From a virus (lineage: Duplodnaviria > Caudoviricetes), in the IMG/VR virus record IMGVR_UViG_3300010354_000538, positions 1 to 26,392 of that record: a stretch of DNA of 26,392 bases; one strand, given 5' to 3'. This document shows positions 15,221-23,392 of the stretch, piece by piece. Made by a program: the position numbers and the translations under genes. The stretch's first letter is position 1. Each line of letters begins with the position of its first letter. The notes beneath the pieces were generated by a model, which worked only from the letters and a program-made list of their open reading frames with translations, was not told the DNA's origin and ran no database searches.

Positions 15221-15823
15221 TCAGCGCTTGACGGCGGTCAGGTTGCGCTTGGGCTGGCGCTCCTGCTCCGCGGACTCACGCACGGGCTCGCGGACGTGGT
15301 CCAGGCTGATCACCTGGGCGTCGTTGCCGCGCTCGTTGCGGAGGTTGAAGTACTTCTTGCCGTCCTTCTTCGAGGTGTTCCACTCGAAGTAGCCGGTGAA
15401 GTTGAGGCCGGACAGGCCGTCGACCATCTCGTAGATGGAGTTGATCGCCGCGTTGAACGCGTCGTCCTGCTTCGTGGAGTGGGCCGTGCTGGCGGCGGCG
15501 ACCAGCCTGAGGAACTGCTTGCCCGAGTCGGGCTTCGCGGCGTTCAGCAGGTTGGAGATCGTCGCCACGGACGCGAAGTTCCGCTTGAAGTTGACGTTGT
15601 CCTGAGCCATCTGCGGCTCGCAGCGGACGTTCATCGACTTCGAGAGGTTGTTCTCGCCGTGCACGTCGAAGTTGACGTAGAGCGCCATGTCCTTCTCGGT
15701 GTCCGAGAAGACGACCGTCGTGACCGTGAACCCGTAGCGGCCGGTGGGCATGCGCTCCGGCGTGATCAGGTTCGCGGCCTCGCGGGTGCGGCTGGCCTCG
15801 ATGTTCTTGAGCGTGATCTTCAT
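15221..15823 (-). CDS. Hypothetical protein, possible OB-fold/DUF669-like ssDNA-binding protein
   Basis: MKITLK start with GGAG SD; 'MPTGRY.FTV..V' and 'KKDGKKYFNL' segments; extreme codon bias. Confidence 0.5.
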   Translation of the reverse strand: MKITLKNIEASRTREAANLITPERMPTGRYGFTVTTVVFSDTEKDMALYVNFDVHGENNLSKSMNVRCEPQMAQDNVNFKRNFASVATISNLLNAAKPDSGKQFLRLVAAASTAHSTKQDDAFNAAINSIYEMVDGLSGLNFTGYFEWNTSKKDGKKYFNLRNERGNDAQVISLDHVREPVRESAEQERQPKRNLTAVKR

Positions 15824-15887
15824 GACTGTGCTCCAATCCTTCTTCTGCAACTGCAGAAATTGAGAAATGAAAAGTGACAACGTGTCA

Positions 15888-15930
15888 GCAGCACGCGCTG
15901 CGGACGCGCCAGCCCGCAGCGCAGTGCTGC
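15888..15930 (-). terminator. Long hairpin with T-rich downstream flank on - strand
   Basis: GCAGCAC-GCGCTGCGG / CCGCAGCGC-A-GTGCTGC; TTTTCATTTCTC follows ~14 nt later. Confidence 0.45.
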
Positions 15931-15953
15931 GGATGTGGTCTGTGTGGCCTAGG

Positions 15954-16160
15954 TCAGGCCTTGGTGTTGGCTTCCTCGAGCCAGCTCAGGAATGCGATCA
16001 TGTCAGAAGAAGCACTTCTGAGTTGGTGCTCGAAGTACGCCTTCTGTTGTTCGGTCTTGAACTTGGTGTTGTTCACGATGGACCTTGCTGTGAGCTCCAG
16101 TGCGTTGGCACGCTGCATGCACAGCCTGATCATCTCGAGGTTGGTCTTGGTTTCTGCCAT
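15954..16160 (-). CDS. Hypothetical helical protein (68 aa)
   Basis: MAETKTN start with AAAGGA SD. Confidence 0.65.
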   Translation of the reverse strand: MAETKTNLEMIRLCMQRANALELTARSIVNNTKFKTEQQKAYFEHQLRSASSDMIAFLSWLEEANTKA

Positions 16161-16231
16161 GTTCTTCCTTTGGGATGAGGCGGGGAGTGCGAGGTGCCGC
16201 CCGGAGGCGCGGCGCCGAGCACGACCGCCGG

Positions 16232-16513
16232 TCAGTCGTGGTTCTTGTGGTTGCGGCACTCTTCGCAGAGTTTGTATGAGTCCTGGTTGCCGTCGAACTC
16301 CGTGGTGGTGAAGGTGACGAGCGTGTCGGGGTGCCTGTGGACTTCGCACCCGTCGCAGATCTCGAAGGTGGTGAAGCCGTCGGTGTTGCAGTACCAGGGG
16401 CCTGAGTCCGGCTCGGGGCACAGGTCTGGGTGCGGCTCGAAGTATTCGCACATGACGGGCGTGGTGTAGCCGTCGCCGTCCATGTCTCCTCCGCAGTACG
16501 GGCAGTCGCGCAT
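16232..16513 (-). CDS. Cys-rich Zn-finger-like protein (93 aa)
   Basis: CPYC, CDGC, CEEC plus single Cys residues; AAGGAG SD. Confidence 0.7.
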   Translation of the reverse strand: MRDCPYCGGDMDGDGYTTPVMCEYFEPHPDLCPEPDSGPWYCNTDGFTTFEICDGCEVHRHPDTLVTFTTTEFDGNQDSYKLCEECRNHKNHD

Positions 16514-16604
16514 GTCGTGTCTCCTTGCCGGTGACCGCCGGCGTCGGTTGTCCTGAGTGGACGGGATCCCCCACCCGCTGGGGCGAGTGAGGTGACCCGA
16601 GGAC

Positions 16605-17030
16605 TCAGTCCTGCATGGCGTTGAAACGCTCGGCATCCGGGCCTTCTGACTTGGGCACGAATGGCGAGCGCTTGGAGCGGCGCTTCGGCATCGGCGTGAT
16701 TGCGCCGGGGTAGTCGCGGTCGCCGTCCGGGTCCGGCTCCTGGTCGAGCCTCGAGGGTTGGCCCTCGGGGATCGGTAGGTCGAGGACGATGGCGCGCTGG
16801 TGGATCGGCGGGATGAGATCCCAGATGCCGAAGTGCTCCATCGCCTCGAGGAGGTTGACGTGCGTGCCTCGGCTCCACTCGCGCTTGGCGGAGTCGAAGC
16901 CGACCCACGGCAGGTAGATCGTGTCGCCGTCGTTGGTGGACTTGGCGTCGAGGAAGTACTGGCTCGTGGGGCGGTCGTAGCCGTAGACGAAGACGGTGCC
17001 GTCCTTGTTGGTGACTTCGTGTCGGGACAT
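16605..17030 (-). CDS. Phage hypothetical protein (YGYDRP...YF motif, 141 aa)
   Basis: MSRHEV start with AGAAAGG SD. Confidence 0.7.
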   Translation of the reverse strand: MSRHEVTNKDGTVFVYGYDRPTSQYFLDAKSTNDGDTIYLPWVGFDSAKREWSRGTHVNLLEAMEHFGIWDLIPPIHQRAIVLDLPIPEGQPSRLDQEPDPDGDRDYPGAITPMPKRRSKRSPFVPKSEGPDAERFNAMQD

Positions 17031-17089
17031 GTAGTGCCTTTCTGCCCTGATGGGCGGGGTTTCGTTCTCACGACGAGTGGGAACGAGAG

Positions 17090-17117
17090 GGCGCACCCGC
17101 CCGAAGACGGGTGCGCC
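17090..17117 (-). promoter_or_regulatory. 12-bp hairpin capped by a cUUCGg tetraloop
   Basis: - strand GGCGCACCCGTC-TTCG-GGCGGGTGCGCC, with one U-G pair. Confidence 0.7.
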
Positions 17118-17138
17118 GACTCGCGCTCACGCGCTGGC

Positions 17139-17483
17139 TCAGGCGATGTCGTAGCCGAGCTTGCCGGTGCGGTCGTCCTTGAAGGACGTCATGGTGACCT
17201 TGATGGAGTCACCCTTGGAGAGGATGCTGGCCACGCGCTCGCGGCCACCCTTGAACTTGAACCAGAGACGGCCGAGGGAGACGTCGAAGGTCTTGTTGCC
17301 GACCTTGAACGCGACGCGCTGGTACGCGATCATGTGACCCTCGCGGCCACGGAAGGACTCGTCCTTGATGCCGACCAACGTCGCCTCGAACGTGCCGCTG
17401 GGCAGTTCGGCCTGACGGCGCTGCTCGCGGACGACCTCGGGGTTGGAGGCGGACAGGATGGACGAGAGAGTGAGAGTAGCCAT
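17139..17483 (-). CDS. Hypothetical protein, possible small OB-fold; first gene of the leftward operon
   Basis: AGAAAGG SD; 'LPSGTFEATL' and 'KGDSIKVTM...DRTGK' beta pattern. Confidence 0.65.
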   Translation of the reverse strand: MATLTLSSILSASNPEVVREQRRQAELPSGTFEATLVGIKDESFRGREGHMIAYQRVAFKVGNKTFDVSLGRLWFKFKGGRERVASILSKGDSIKVTMTSFKDDRTGKLGYDIA

Positions 17484-17512
17484 TGCGGCTTACCTTTCTG
17501 CCCACATGGGGC

Positions 17513-17708
17513 TTTGCTACGGACTTGTTGTGCACGGGTGACACGCGCCACTCGTCGCACAACGGATGACGATGGTCGTCGTAGCAAACGACGCATCGCA
17601 GCAGGTGAGCGGGGTATTGCTCACTACATGACACGTAGTGAGGTAAACCCAGCCACGAGCGAGAGTTACGACTCTCGAGTCCGGATAACGGACGTGGCTT
17701 CCCCGTCG
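17513..17708 (+). ncRNA. Candidate multi-branched structured RNA or ssDNA element
   Basis: At least seven stems including a UACG-capped hairpin in a three-way junction; see findings. Confidence 0.45.
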
Positions 17709-17727
17709 CGTAGACAACGTCAAAGAC

Positions 17728-17932
17728 CCGACCCCCGGTCGGCCCCCAAATGGGGGGTTGTAGAAGCAGGGGAAAGACCCTCCCCCTCTCAAAAATCTCT
17801 TCCGACCCTTCCGGCCCTTTCTCTCTTTCTCTATATATTTCTCTCTACGTAGAGAAAAGAAAGGTTGGTATCCTTGGTACGGCATCCGTTCCCGAAAGGA
17901 AACCCCCCAGGGCTTTGGGGGCACCAGGGGGG
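17728..17932. other. Candidate replication origin or genome-end/packaging region
   Basis: Short GC hairpins (17728-17742, 17743-17756), pyrimidine tract ~17796-17846 with CTATATAT, 14-bp palindrome TCTCTACGTAGAGA (17842-17855), directly downstream of the helicase gene. Confidence 0.5.
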
Positions 17933-17954
17933 CAGGATTGGAGCAAAGTGGAAG

Positions 17955-19355
17955 TTAAACTTCGTCTTCTTGGTTCCTGCGGAGGCTGAGCCCGCAGATA
18001 CCGCGCTGGTGACCCTGGCTCTCGGACATCCGCATCTGTCGGAGTCCCCAGCTGGATTCCTGGCAGATCCGGACGAACAGCATGTTAGCCGGAACGTGCA
18101 GCCTGACCCTATTGGATTCCAGCCAGTCCTCCCACTGGTCCTTCACCACCTCGTTCGCCACGAACCCATCCTTGCGCTGCACGAACCGTGCATGGAGGAA
18201 CGAATCGAACGGGTTGTTCTGCAGGTGATACAGCCGGACCGCATCCTGTGCCGCAGCCGGGATTGGCCACCTCTTATCCATCTCTGATGCCAGTAGCCGC
18301 CTTGCACCCCATGCGGCCCACATGGCAATCCCCTGCAACTCGGCCTCGAGCCGGTCCTCCAGGCACAGGTCCTCCTTGCCCTCAAAGCTGACCTCAAAGG
18401 GCAGAACCAGCATCTTGCCGCTCAGACCCCTGCCCTTGTTGGGCAGCACAGGGATCTCGTTGCTCTGGAGCATCGGAGCCGCATTCACAATCACGTTCCG
18501 CTGCTGCCTCTGGTGCTTCACGTTCACAGTCATCGGGTCCTGCCCGACGATGTTCTTCAGCACCCGGCACACCCGCTCCCCGGCCTTCGAGTCCACCTCG
18601 TTCACCTCGTTGATGCTCAGCACCTTGGAACGCTCAAGTCCATCCATGCCGAACTCGCCAGCCAGGTCCTCGAGGCTGCTGCTCATGAACGCAGCCCGCC
18701 CGATCAGCTTCCGGATCACCGACGAGATGGTGCCCTTGCCCCCGCGAATCTTCCCATACATCAGCATCCACCGGGCATACCTTCGGGTCCCCAGCAGGCA
18801 GTACCCCATCCACCGGGCCAGCAGCTCAGCCCACAGCGGATCGCCGTCACCCCACTCGGCAACGGCCTGCTCCCACCTGGGGCACTTGACCGACTCGTCG
18901 TACTTCACCGGCAAGACCGCCGGATCGAACCAGTTCTTCGGCCTCCGCATCGTCTTGCCCGTGGCCGCGTTGAACAGCACGTCCTCGAACGCAATCGTCG
19001 TACCCGGATCAAAGTCCCCGAGCGGCGTCCCAATCCAGCACGGAACCTGCTCCGTGTCGATCCGAACCAGCGCCTCGAGCGCCCGGGCGACCCCGTCGAT
19101 CTTCTGCTTGTCTGGGCTGTACCGCTCCAGCGCCACCCCGTTCCTGGTGGGCTTCTCCCAGACGGCGTCCTCGAGGCAGACCCAGATCAGGTCCTTCAGC
19201 CTTTCGTCGTCCATGACGAGCCAGCGGTTGTCCCGCCAGACCCACCAATCGTTCCGCCACCTGTAGACCCCCGAATCCCGGAACCGTTCCTGCATGACAC
19301 GCCGCGCAACCTTCGTCGGCTCAATGGAGCCGAGCGGGTCCTGTCTCCAATCCAT
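17955..19355 (-). CDS. D5/P4-family SF3 helicase (primase-helicase C-terminal part, no primase domain seen)
   Basis: D5_N-like region 'IAFED...YDESVKCPRW', Walker A YGKIRGGKGT, Walker B LSINE, 'LKNIVGQD.M.VNVKH', motif C QSNEIP; GAGGAG SD. Confidence 0.85.
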   Translation of the reverse strand: MDWRQDPLGSIEPTKVARRVMQERFRDSGVYRWRNDWWVWRDNRWLVMDDERLKDLIWVCLEDAVWEKPTRNGVALERYSPDKQKIDGVARALEALVRIDTEQVPCWIGTPLGDFDPGTTIAFEDVLFNAATGKTMRRPKNWFDPAVLPVKYDESVKCPRWEQAVAEWGDGDPLWAELLARWMGYCLLGTRRYARWMLMYGKIRGGKGTISSVIRKLIGRAAFMSSSLEDLAGEFGMDGLERSKVLSINEVNEVDSKAGERVCRVLKNIVGQDPMTVNVKHQRQQRNVIVNAAPMLQSNEIPVLPNKGRGLSGKMLVLPFEVSFEGKEDLCLEDRLEAELQGIAMWAAWGARRLLASEMDKRWPIPAAAQDAVRLYHLQNNPFDSFLHARFVQRKDGFVANEVVKDQWEDWLESNRVRLHVPANMLFVRICQESSWGLRQMRMSESQGHQRGICGLSLRRNQEDEV

Positions 19356-19378
19356 GTTGTTCTCTCCTCTGAAAAGGC

Positions 19379-19424
19379 TTGACGCCGTTCCTGCAATTGT
19401 ACCATGAACCCCAACAAGGAGCAA
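19379..19424. promoter_or_regulatory. Overlapping divergent sigma70-like promoters
   Basis: - strand TTGCTC(19424-19419)-N17-TACAAT(19401-19396) with extended TG; + strand TTGACG(19379-19384)-N15-TACCAT(19400-19405). Confidence 0.5.
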
Positions 19425-19426
19425 CC

Positions 19427-19990
19427 ATGGCATTCGGTGGACCCGCAATCTTCTCGAACGACCCCAACATCGGAATCCGGCAGATGGGCATGGAGGCATT
19501 CATCCCCACGCCCGTCAGCTCGATGACCTTTAAGAGCCGCGCTGGCGTCGACGCCCGACGTCGCGGCAACTACCAGAACGCGCCGACCGGTCGTTCCATC
19601 GCACCGCCGCACAAGGTCGTCACCAACCCGGACGGCACGAAGATGTCCGTCCCTCTCGACGGCAAGAAGAAGGGAAAGGGCAAGACTCCTGCTCCGTACT
19701 CGCCTCCGTTGATGGCGACTGGTCTTCAGGGAATTCTTGACCGCGCATTCCGATTTGGATACGGACGCCCGCCAGCTGCTGCACCCAAGCCAACGGTCCG
19801 TGTTCCGACCGCAGCCGAAATTGCTGACGGCCTTGCTTCTTTGGAAAATCAAGTGAAGCAGGACAAGGCAGACGAGTTCTTTGGTTTTCGTCCTCAGAAC
19901 CGCGGCTGGAAGGGTAAGGTGAACAAGGACGCTGGAGCAACCGATCTTGTTCCCAGCACGATGTTCCGCGGTGGAGCAATGTTCGCTTGA
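19427..19990 (+). CDS. Hypothetical basic Pro/Gly-rich protein (187 aa), possible internal virion protein
   Basis: AAGGAG SD before MAFGGP; no Cys; low complexity. Confidence 0.7.
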   Translation: MAFGGPAIFSNDPNIGIRQMGMEAFIPTPVSSMTFKSRAGVDARRRGNYQNAPTGRSIAPPHKVVTNPDGTKMSVPLDGKKKGKGKTPAPYSPPLMATGLQGILDRAFRFGYGRPPAAAPKPTVRVPTAAEIADGLASLENQVKQDKADEFFGFRPQNRGWKGKVNKDAGATDLVPSTMFRGGAMFA

Positions 19991-20664
19991 AGAAGGCCCG
20001 CCCGTCCTACATCTCGCTCGGTGGGGGCATGCGCCTCCTGTCCGAGCAGTACTACCTGGACAACCTCAAGGGGTTCGTCCGGTCGCGCCGGGGATTCAGG
20101 GGGCTGTGCCGGGCCATCGGCTGCCCCCTGATCTTCGGCGACCTCGGCGTCGCATACGTTGACCCGGTCACGTTCCAGATCTGCATGAAGGCGATGACCC
20201 GTGCCGGCGGACGCGACTTCTTGATGCCGGGCGCAAAGAACCAGAACGGCAAGCGCACCAACTACCCGCACGCCCGCTCCTCAATCCCCGTCGAGGAACT
20301 CCGCACCCACTGGCGCTGGCTGGTGGGGGAACTGTGCGCCGGCCGACGACTTGCGAAGATCGGCACGCCCGCGCAGGTGAAGCGCGCGATGCTCGACCTC
20401 ACCACCCGTCTTGCCGAACTCTCCTACTCCACCCTTCCGGAGATGGTGGGGCATGAGTACGCTAGGCGCATCCAGCAGGCGAAGCTCCCCGAGGACCCGG
20501 AAAATGGCAAAGCAGACAAGGCGAACCGTCTCCAGCATCATGTCCGGGCTGATCGGTCAGCAAGGCCGGACGCGTCCTTCGGTCACTCAGCCGACGCCGA
20601 CTGCTACACCGGCGGGCCCGTTGACGGGGACGGTCCAGTCAGCGACTGCGAAGAAGATTGCTGA
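19987..20664 (+). CDS. Hypothetical basic protein
   Basis: TTG start in TTGA overlap (alternative ATG 20029); GC3-biased; C-terminal tail overlaps the next gene. Confidence 0.65.
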   Translation: MKKARPSYISLGGGMRLLSEQYYLDNLKGFVRSRRGFRGLCRAIGCPLIFGDLGVAYVDPVTFQICMKAMTRAGGRDFLMPGAKNQNGKRTNYPHARSSIPVEELRTHWRWLVGELCAGRRLAKIGTPAQVKRAMLDLTTRLAELSYSTLPEMVGHEYARRIQQAKLPEDPENGKADKANRLQHHVRADRSARPDASFGHSADADCYTGGPVDGDGPVSDCEEDC

Positions 20665-23392
20665 TCGCTCGGGCAAGGCCGGCCTCGTTGCCGCCGCCGA
20701 AATCACGCGTGCAGGCGCGCCTTCCGAGCGCTCGGGCTCGCAGCGTATCGCTGCGTACCTGAAGAAGAAGGGCTTCGGCGACGATTGGGAGAAGCGCATC
20801 GAGGACCGCGCACGCGATCTCCTCATTGCCTCCGAGCGCCAGCGCGTCGGCTCGCCGAACTTTGGAAACAAGGACTACATCCCGAACGACGCGGACTTGA
20901 AGGAAGTCTCCTATCGCCTCGCAATGGAGCAGGCGAACCGGATCGACAACCCGAAGGCACGCGACCTCGCGCAGCAGCTTGTCTCGGACACCTACGGAGT
21001 CGAGCCGTCCGGCAAGCTCCAGGTCGGCGTCGTCAAAAGCGACAAGCCCCGCAAGGGCCTGATCGGGCCGGGCGCCGAGGGAACCCGAGAGGAGAAGATC
21101 AAGGAGCTGGGCGCACGCAAGCGCGTCCGCCTCGCCAACCAACTTGCCCAGCAGGGCATCACTGACGACGTCCTTAAGGCTGAAATTAAGGAAATGGAAC
21201 GCGCTGTGGCCGAAGGCGATAGTGCCGCATACGCCGAGGCCGAGCGTCGATTCAACCAGCGACTCAACACAAACCTTGTTGCATCAGGTGATGTCAGTGT
21301 CCAGGACCTGACGCGTCAGTCGACCCGTCGCGTGAGCGATTTCACTCGCGAGGAGTCCGGACGAACCGGTCGGTACGGCGAGAAGGCAAAGGGCGAAGAA
21401 CCGGGACGCCAGCCGATGGAGGGCAAGGCAGTCCAGGACGCGCCGCAGATGACGCGCGAGGCGCTTGATGTTCTTGCTGCCGACCAAGATCTGACCGAGA
21501 AGTTCCTTGACCGCTTCTCTGACATCGACAAGGCGGCGGTCATTGCGAAGTTCAAGAAGATCAAGGACGACCCGAACTCCGATGCGGCGCAGATGACGCG
21601 CGCCGACCTGCTGCGCACGTTCAACAAGGCGCTGTCCATCGAGGGCATGGTCAAGGCACAGACCATCCTCGGCGAGGTCGGTTCGCCAGCAGCACGCCGC
21701 GCAGCGAAGATGCAGGAGGTCCGGGACGCTGCATCTCCTGAGACCCGTCGTGGCGAGCGCCGAGAGCAGCTCAAGAATATCCGCTCCGCAATCAAGGTCA
21801 TTGAAAGCGTGATGAGCGGCACTCGCCGGTACGACACGCGTGCTGGCGGTCGCGAAGCGATGACTGCTGACATCGGCTCCGTGATGAACGCGCTGAGGCA
21901 GTACGTCCCCGGCAACCGTCTGTTCCAGGACCGGATGCAGGGACAGGTTCGCAAGGCATTCGGCATGGCCGCCTCGGGCAACGTGCGTCCGATCGGCGAG
22001 ATCATGAGGGGCCTCCAGATGCTCGGCCAGAAGGCTCCGCCCACCATCGAGGAGCAGGTGGGGAGCGCGAAGGGCGACGTCCCGCAGCTGGCCGCGATGA
22101 TGACCGGCATTGGCAACCGCATCCGAGGCGGCGCAAGCACTTCCCGCGCGAAGCCCGGTGCCCGCAACGTCCTGACCGGCAAGCGCCTCAAGAGGGGCGT
22201 GGCTCCGGCAGCCGAGCCCAAGGGCGGAGTCGAGACCGGTGGCGCAACCGGCGTTGCCGAGAGCGCTGGTCTTCCGCTCGGCCGGGCCCGAGGCAACGTC
22301 CGTCAGCAGCCTGTCCGCCGCGAAGAAGGCGGCTACCAGACCGGTCGTCCTGAACTCAATCCCCCGAAGGTCGAGACCGGCGGTGGATCGTATGTTCCGC
22401 CCAAGAGGTACGGACTTCGTGGTGGCCGCATGTCCCTTGCAAAGGCAGAAAGACCGAGCGTCGAGGATCTTGGCGTTCCGACGACGGACAAGCTCAGCAA
22501 CGCGTTCGACCAGTTCATGGCCGACACGCAGTCGGAGGTGCTTGGCAAGGGCGACGTGCGGATGCAGGGCCGCGATGCCGAGACGATGGGCAAGGTTCGC
22601 GGTCGCGCCTCCGAGCGTCTCCGCAGCCTGATGAAGGCGTACAAGGACGAGACCAAGCAGCTCAACGAGCAGAAGGACATTGCGGAGATCCGCGATGCCA
22701 AGCAGCTTGCCGCCGCCCAGAAAGACCTTGCCGCCCTGAACAAGGAGATTGCGGCAGGCAAGAAGAAGCTGGACGACATCCGCCGTTACGTTGCACCGCG
22801 CCAGTCGAAGAACATCGGCGAGGACGTTCGCCGCCGGGTTTCGGTTGACGAGGGCGACGACTTCCGTCCCGCCGTCTCGAGGCCGAAGAACCTTCCACAG
22901 ACCCAGGATGCCGAGACGATCCGGGACTACCAGGCTGCGCTCGAGGGTCGCATCAAGGTGCTTCAGGGTCGCGTGACCATGTTTGAGCGAGAGCTTGCTC
23001 GTGCAACGCAGGGCAAGAAGATCGGTCCACGCGTCATGGGCGCTGCCGTCCGCGAGGGTCGCAGGCAGGAGATGCCGGCAATCAGGCAGAAGGGCACGCC
23101 AAAGCAGAAGGGTAAGTCCAAGGCGCGGTCGACTCCGCCCCTGCCCGAGGTTGTGCAGCCCACGGTCACGCCTGGCGAGCGCGACGAGCGTGCCTTTACG
23201 GGCGGCGAATTCGTCAAGGGTGTCCGGCAGGAGCGTGGCCGCAAGCAGTCCGAACCCGTGAAGCGGGCGATGCGCGGCAAGCGCATGAAGCTTAAGAGGC
23301 CACAGAAGCCCGGATATGTTCAGCGGATGGAGGACGTGGAGATGGTCCGCAAGGCGGGTCTGGCCGGCCTGCTCGAGGGGCTGCCGGCATGA
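20504..23392 (+). CDS. Large Arg/Lys/Gly/Ala-rich protein (962 aa), candidate internal virion/ejection protein
   Basis: Start reassigned to MAKQTRR (GAGG SD); helical and disordered composition; upstream of terminase. Confidence 0.6.
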   Translation: MAKQTRRTVSSIMSGLIGQQGRTRPSVTQPTPTATPAGPLTGTVQSATAKKIADRSGKAGLVAAAEITRAGAPSERSGSQRIAAYLKKKGFGDDWEKRIEDRARDLLIASERQRVGSPNFGNKDYIPNDADLKEVSYRLAMEQANRIDNPKARDLAQQLVSDTYGVEPSGKLQVGVVKSDKPRKGLIGPGAEGTREEKIKELGARKRVRLANQLAQQGITDDVLKAEIKEMERAVAEGDSAAYAEAERRFNQRLNTNLVASGDVSVQDLTRQSTRRVSDFTREESGRTGRYGEKAKGEEPGRQPMEGKAVQDAPQMTREALDVLAADQDLTEKFLDRFSDIDKAAVIAKFKKIKDDPNSDAAQMTRADLLRTFNKALSIEGMVKAQTILGEVGSPAARRAAKMQEVRDAASPETRRGERREQLKNIRSAIKVIESVMSGTRRYDTRAGGREAMTADIGSVMNALRQYVPGNRLFQDRMQGQVRKAFGMAASGNVRPIGEIMRGLQMLGQKAPPTIEEQVGSAKGDVPQLAAMMTGIGNRIRGGASTSRAKPGARNVLTGKRLKRGVAPAAEPKGGVETGGATGVAESAGLPLGRARGNVRQQPVRREEGGYQTGRPELNPPKVETGGGSYVPPKRYGLRGGRMSLAKAERPSVEDLGVPTTDKLSNAFDQFMADTQSEVLGKGDVRMQGRDAETMGKVRGRASERLRSLMKAYKDETKQLNEQKDIAEIRDAKQLAAAQKDLAALNKEIAAGKKKLDDIRRYVAPRQSKNIGEDVRRRVSVDEGDDFRPAVSRPKNLPQTQDAETIRDYQAALEGRIKVLQGRVTMFERELARATQGKKIGPRVMGAAVREGRRQEMPAIRQKGTPKQKGKSKARSTPPLPEVVQPTVTPGERDERAFTGGEFVKGVRQERGRKQSEPVKRAMRGKRMKLKRPQKPGYVQRMEDVEMVRKAGLAGLLEGLPA

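Noticed and set aside
20504-20664. 161-nt overlap of two + strand genes as programmed frameshift or overprinting
   Set aside because: No slippery site seen; the upstream tail looks like low-constraint run-on in GC-rich DNA.
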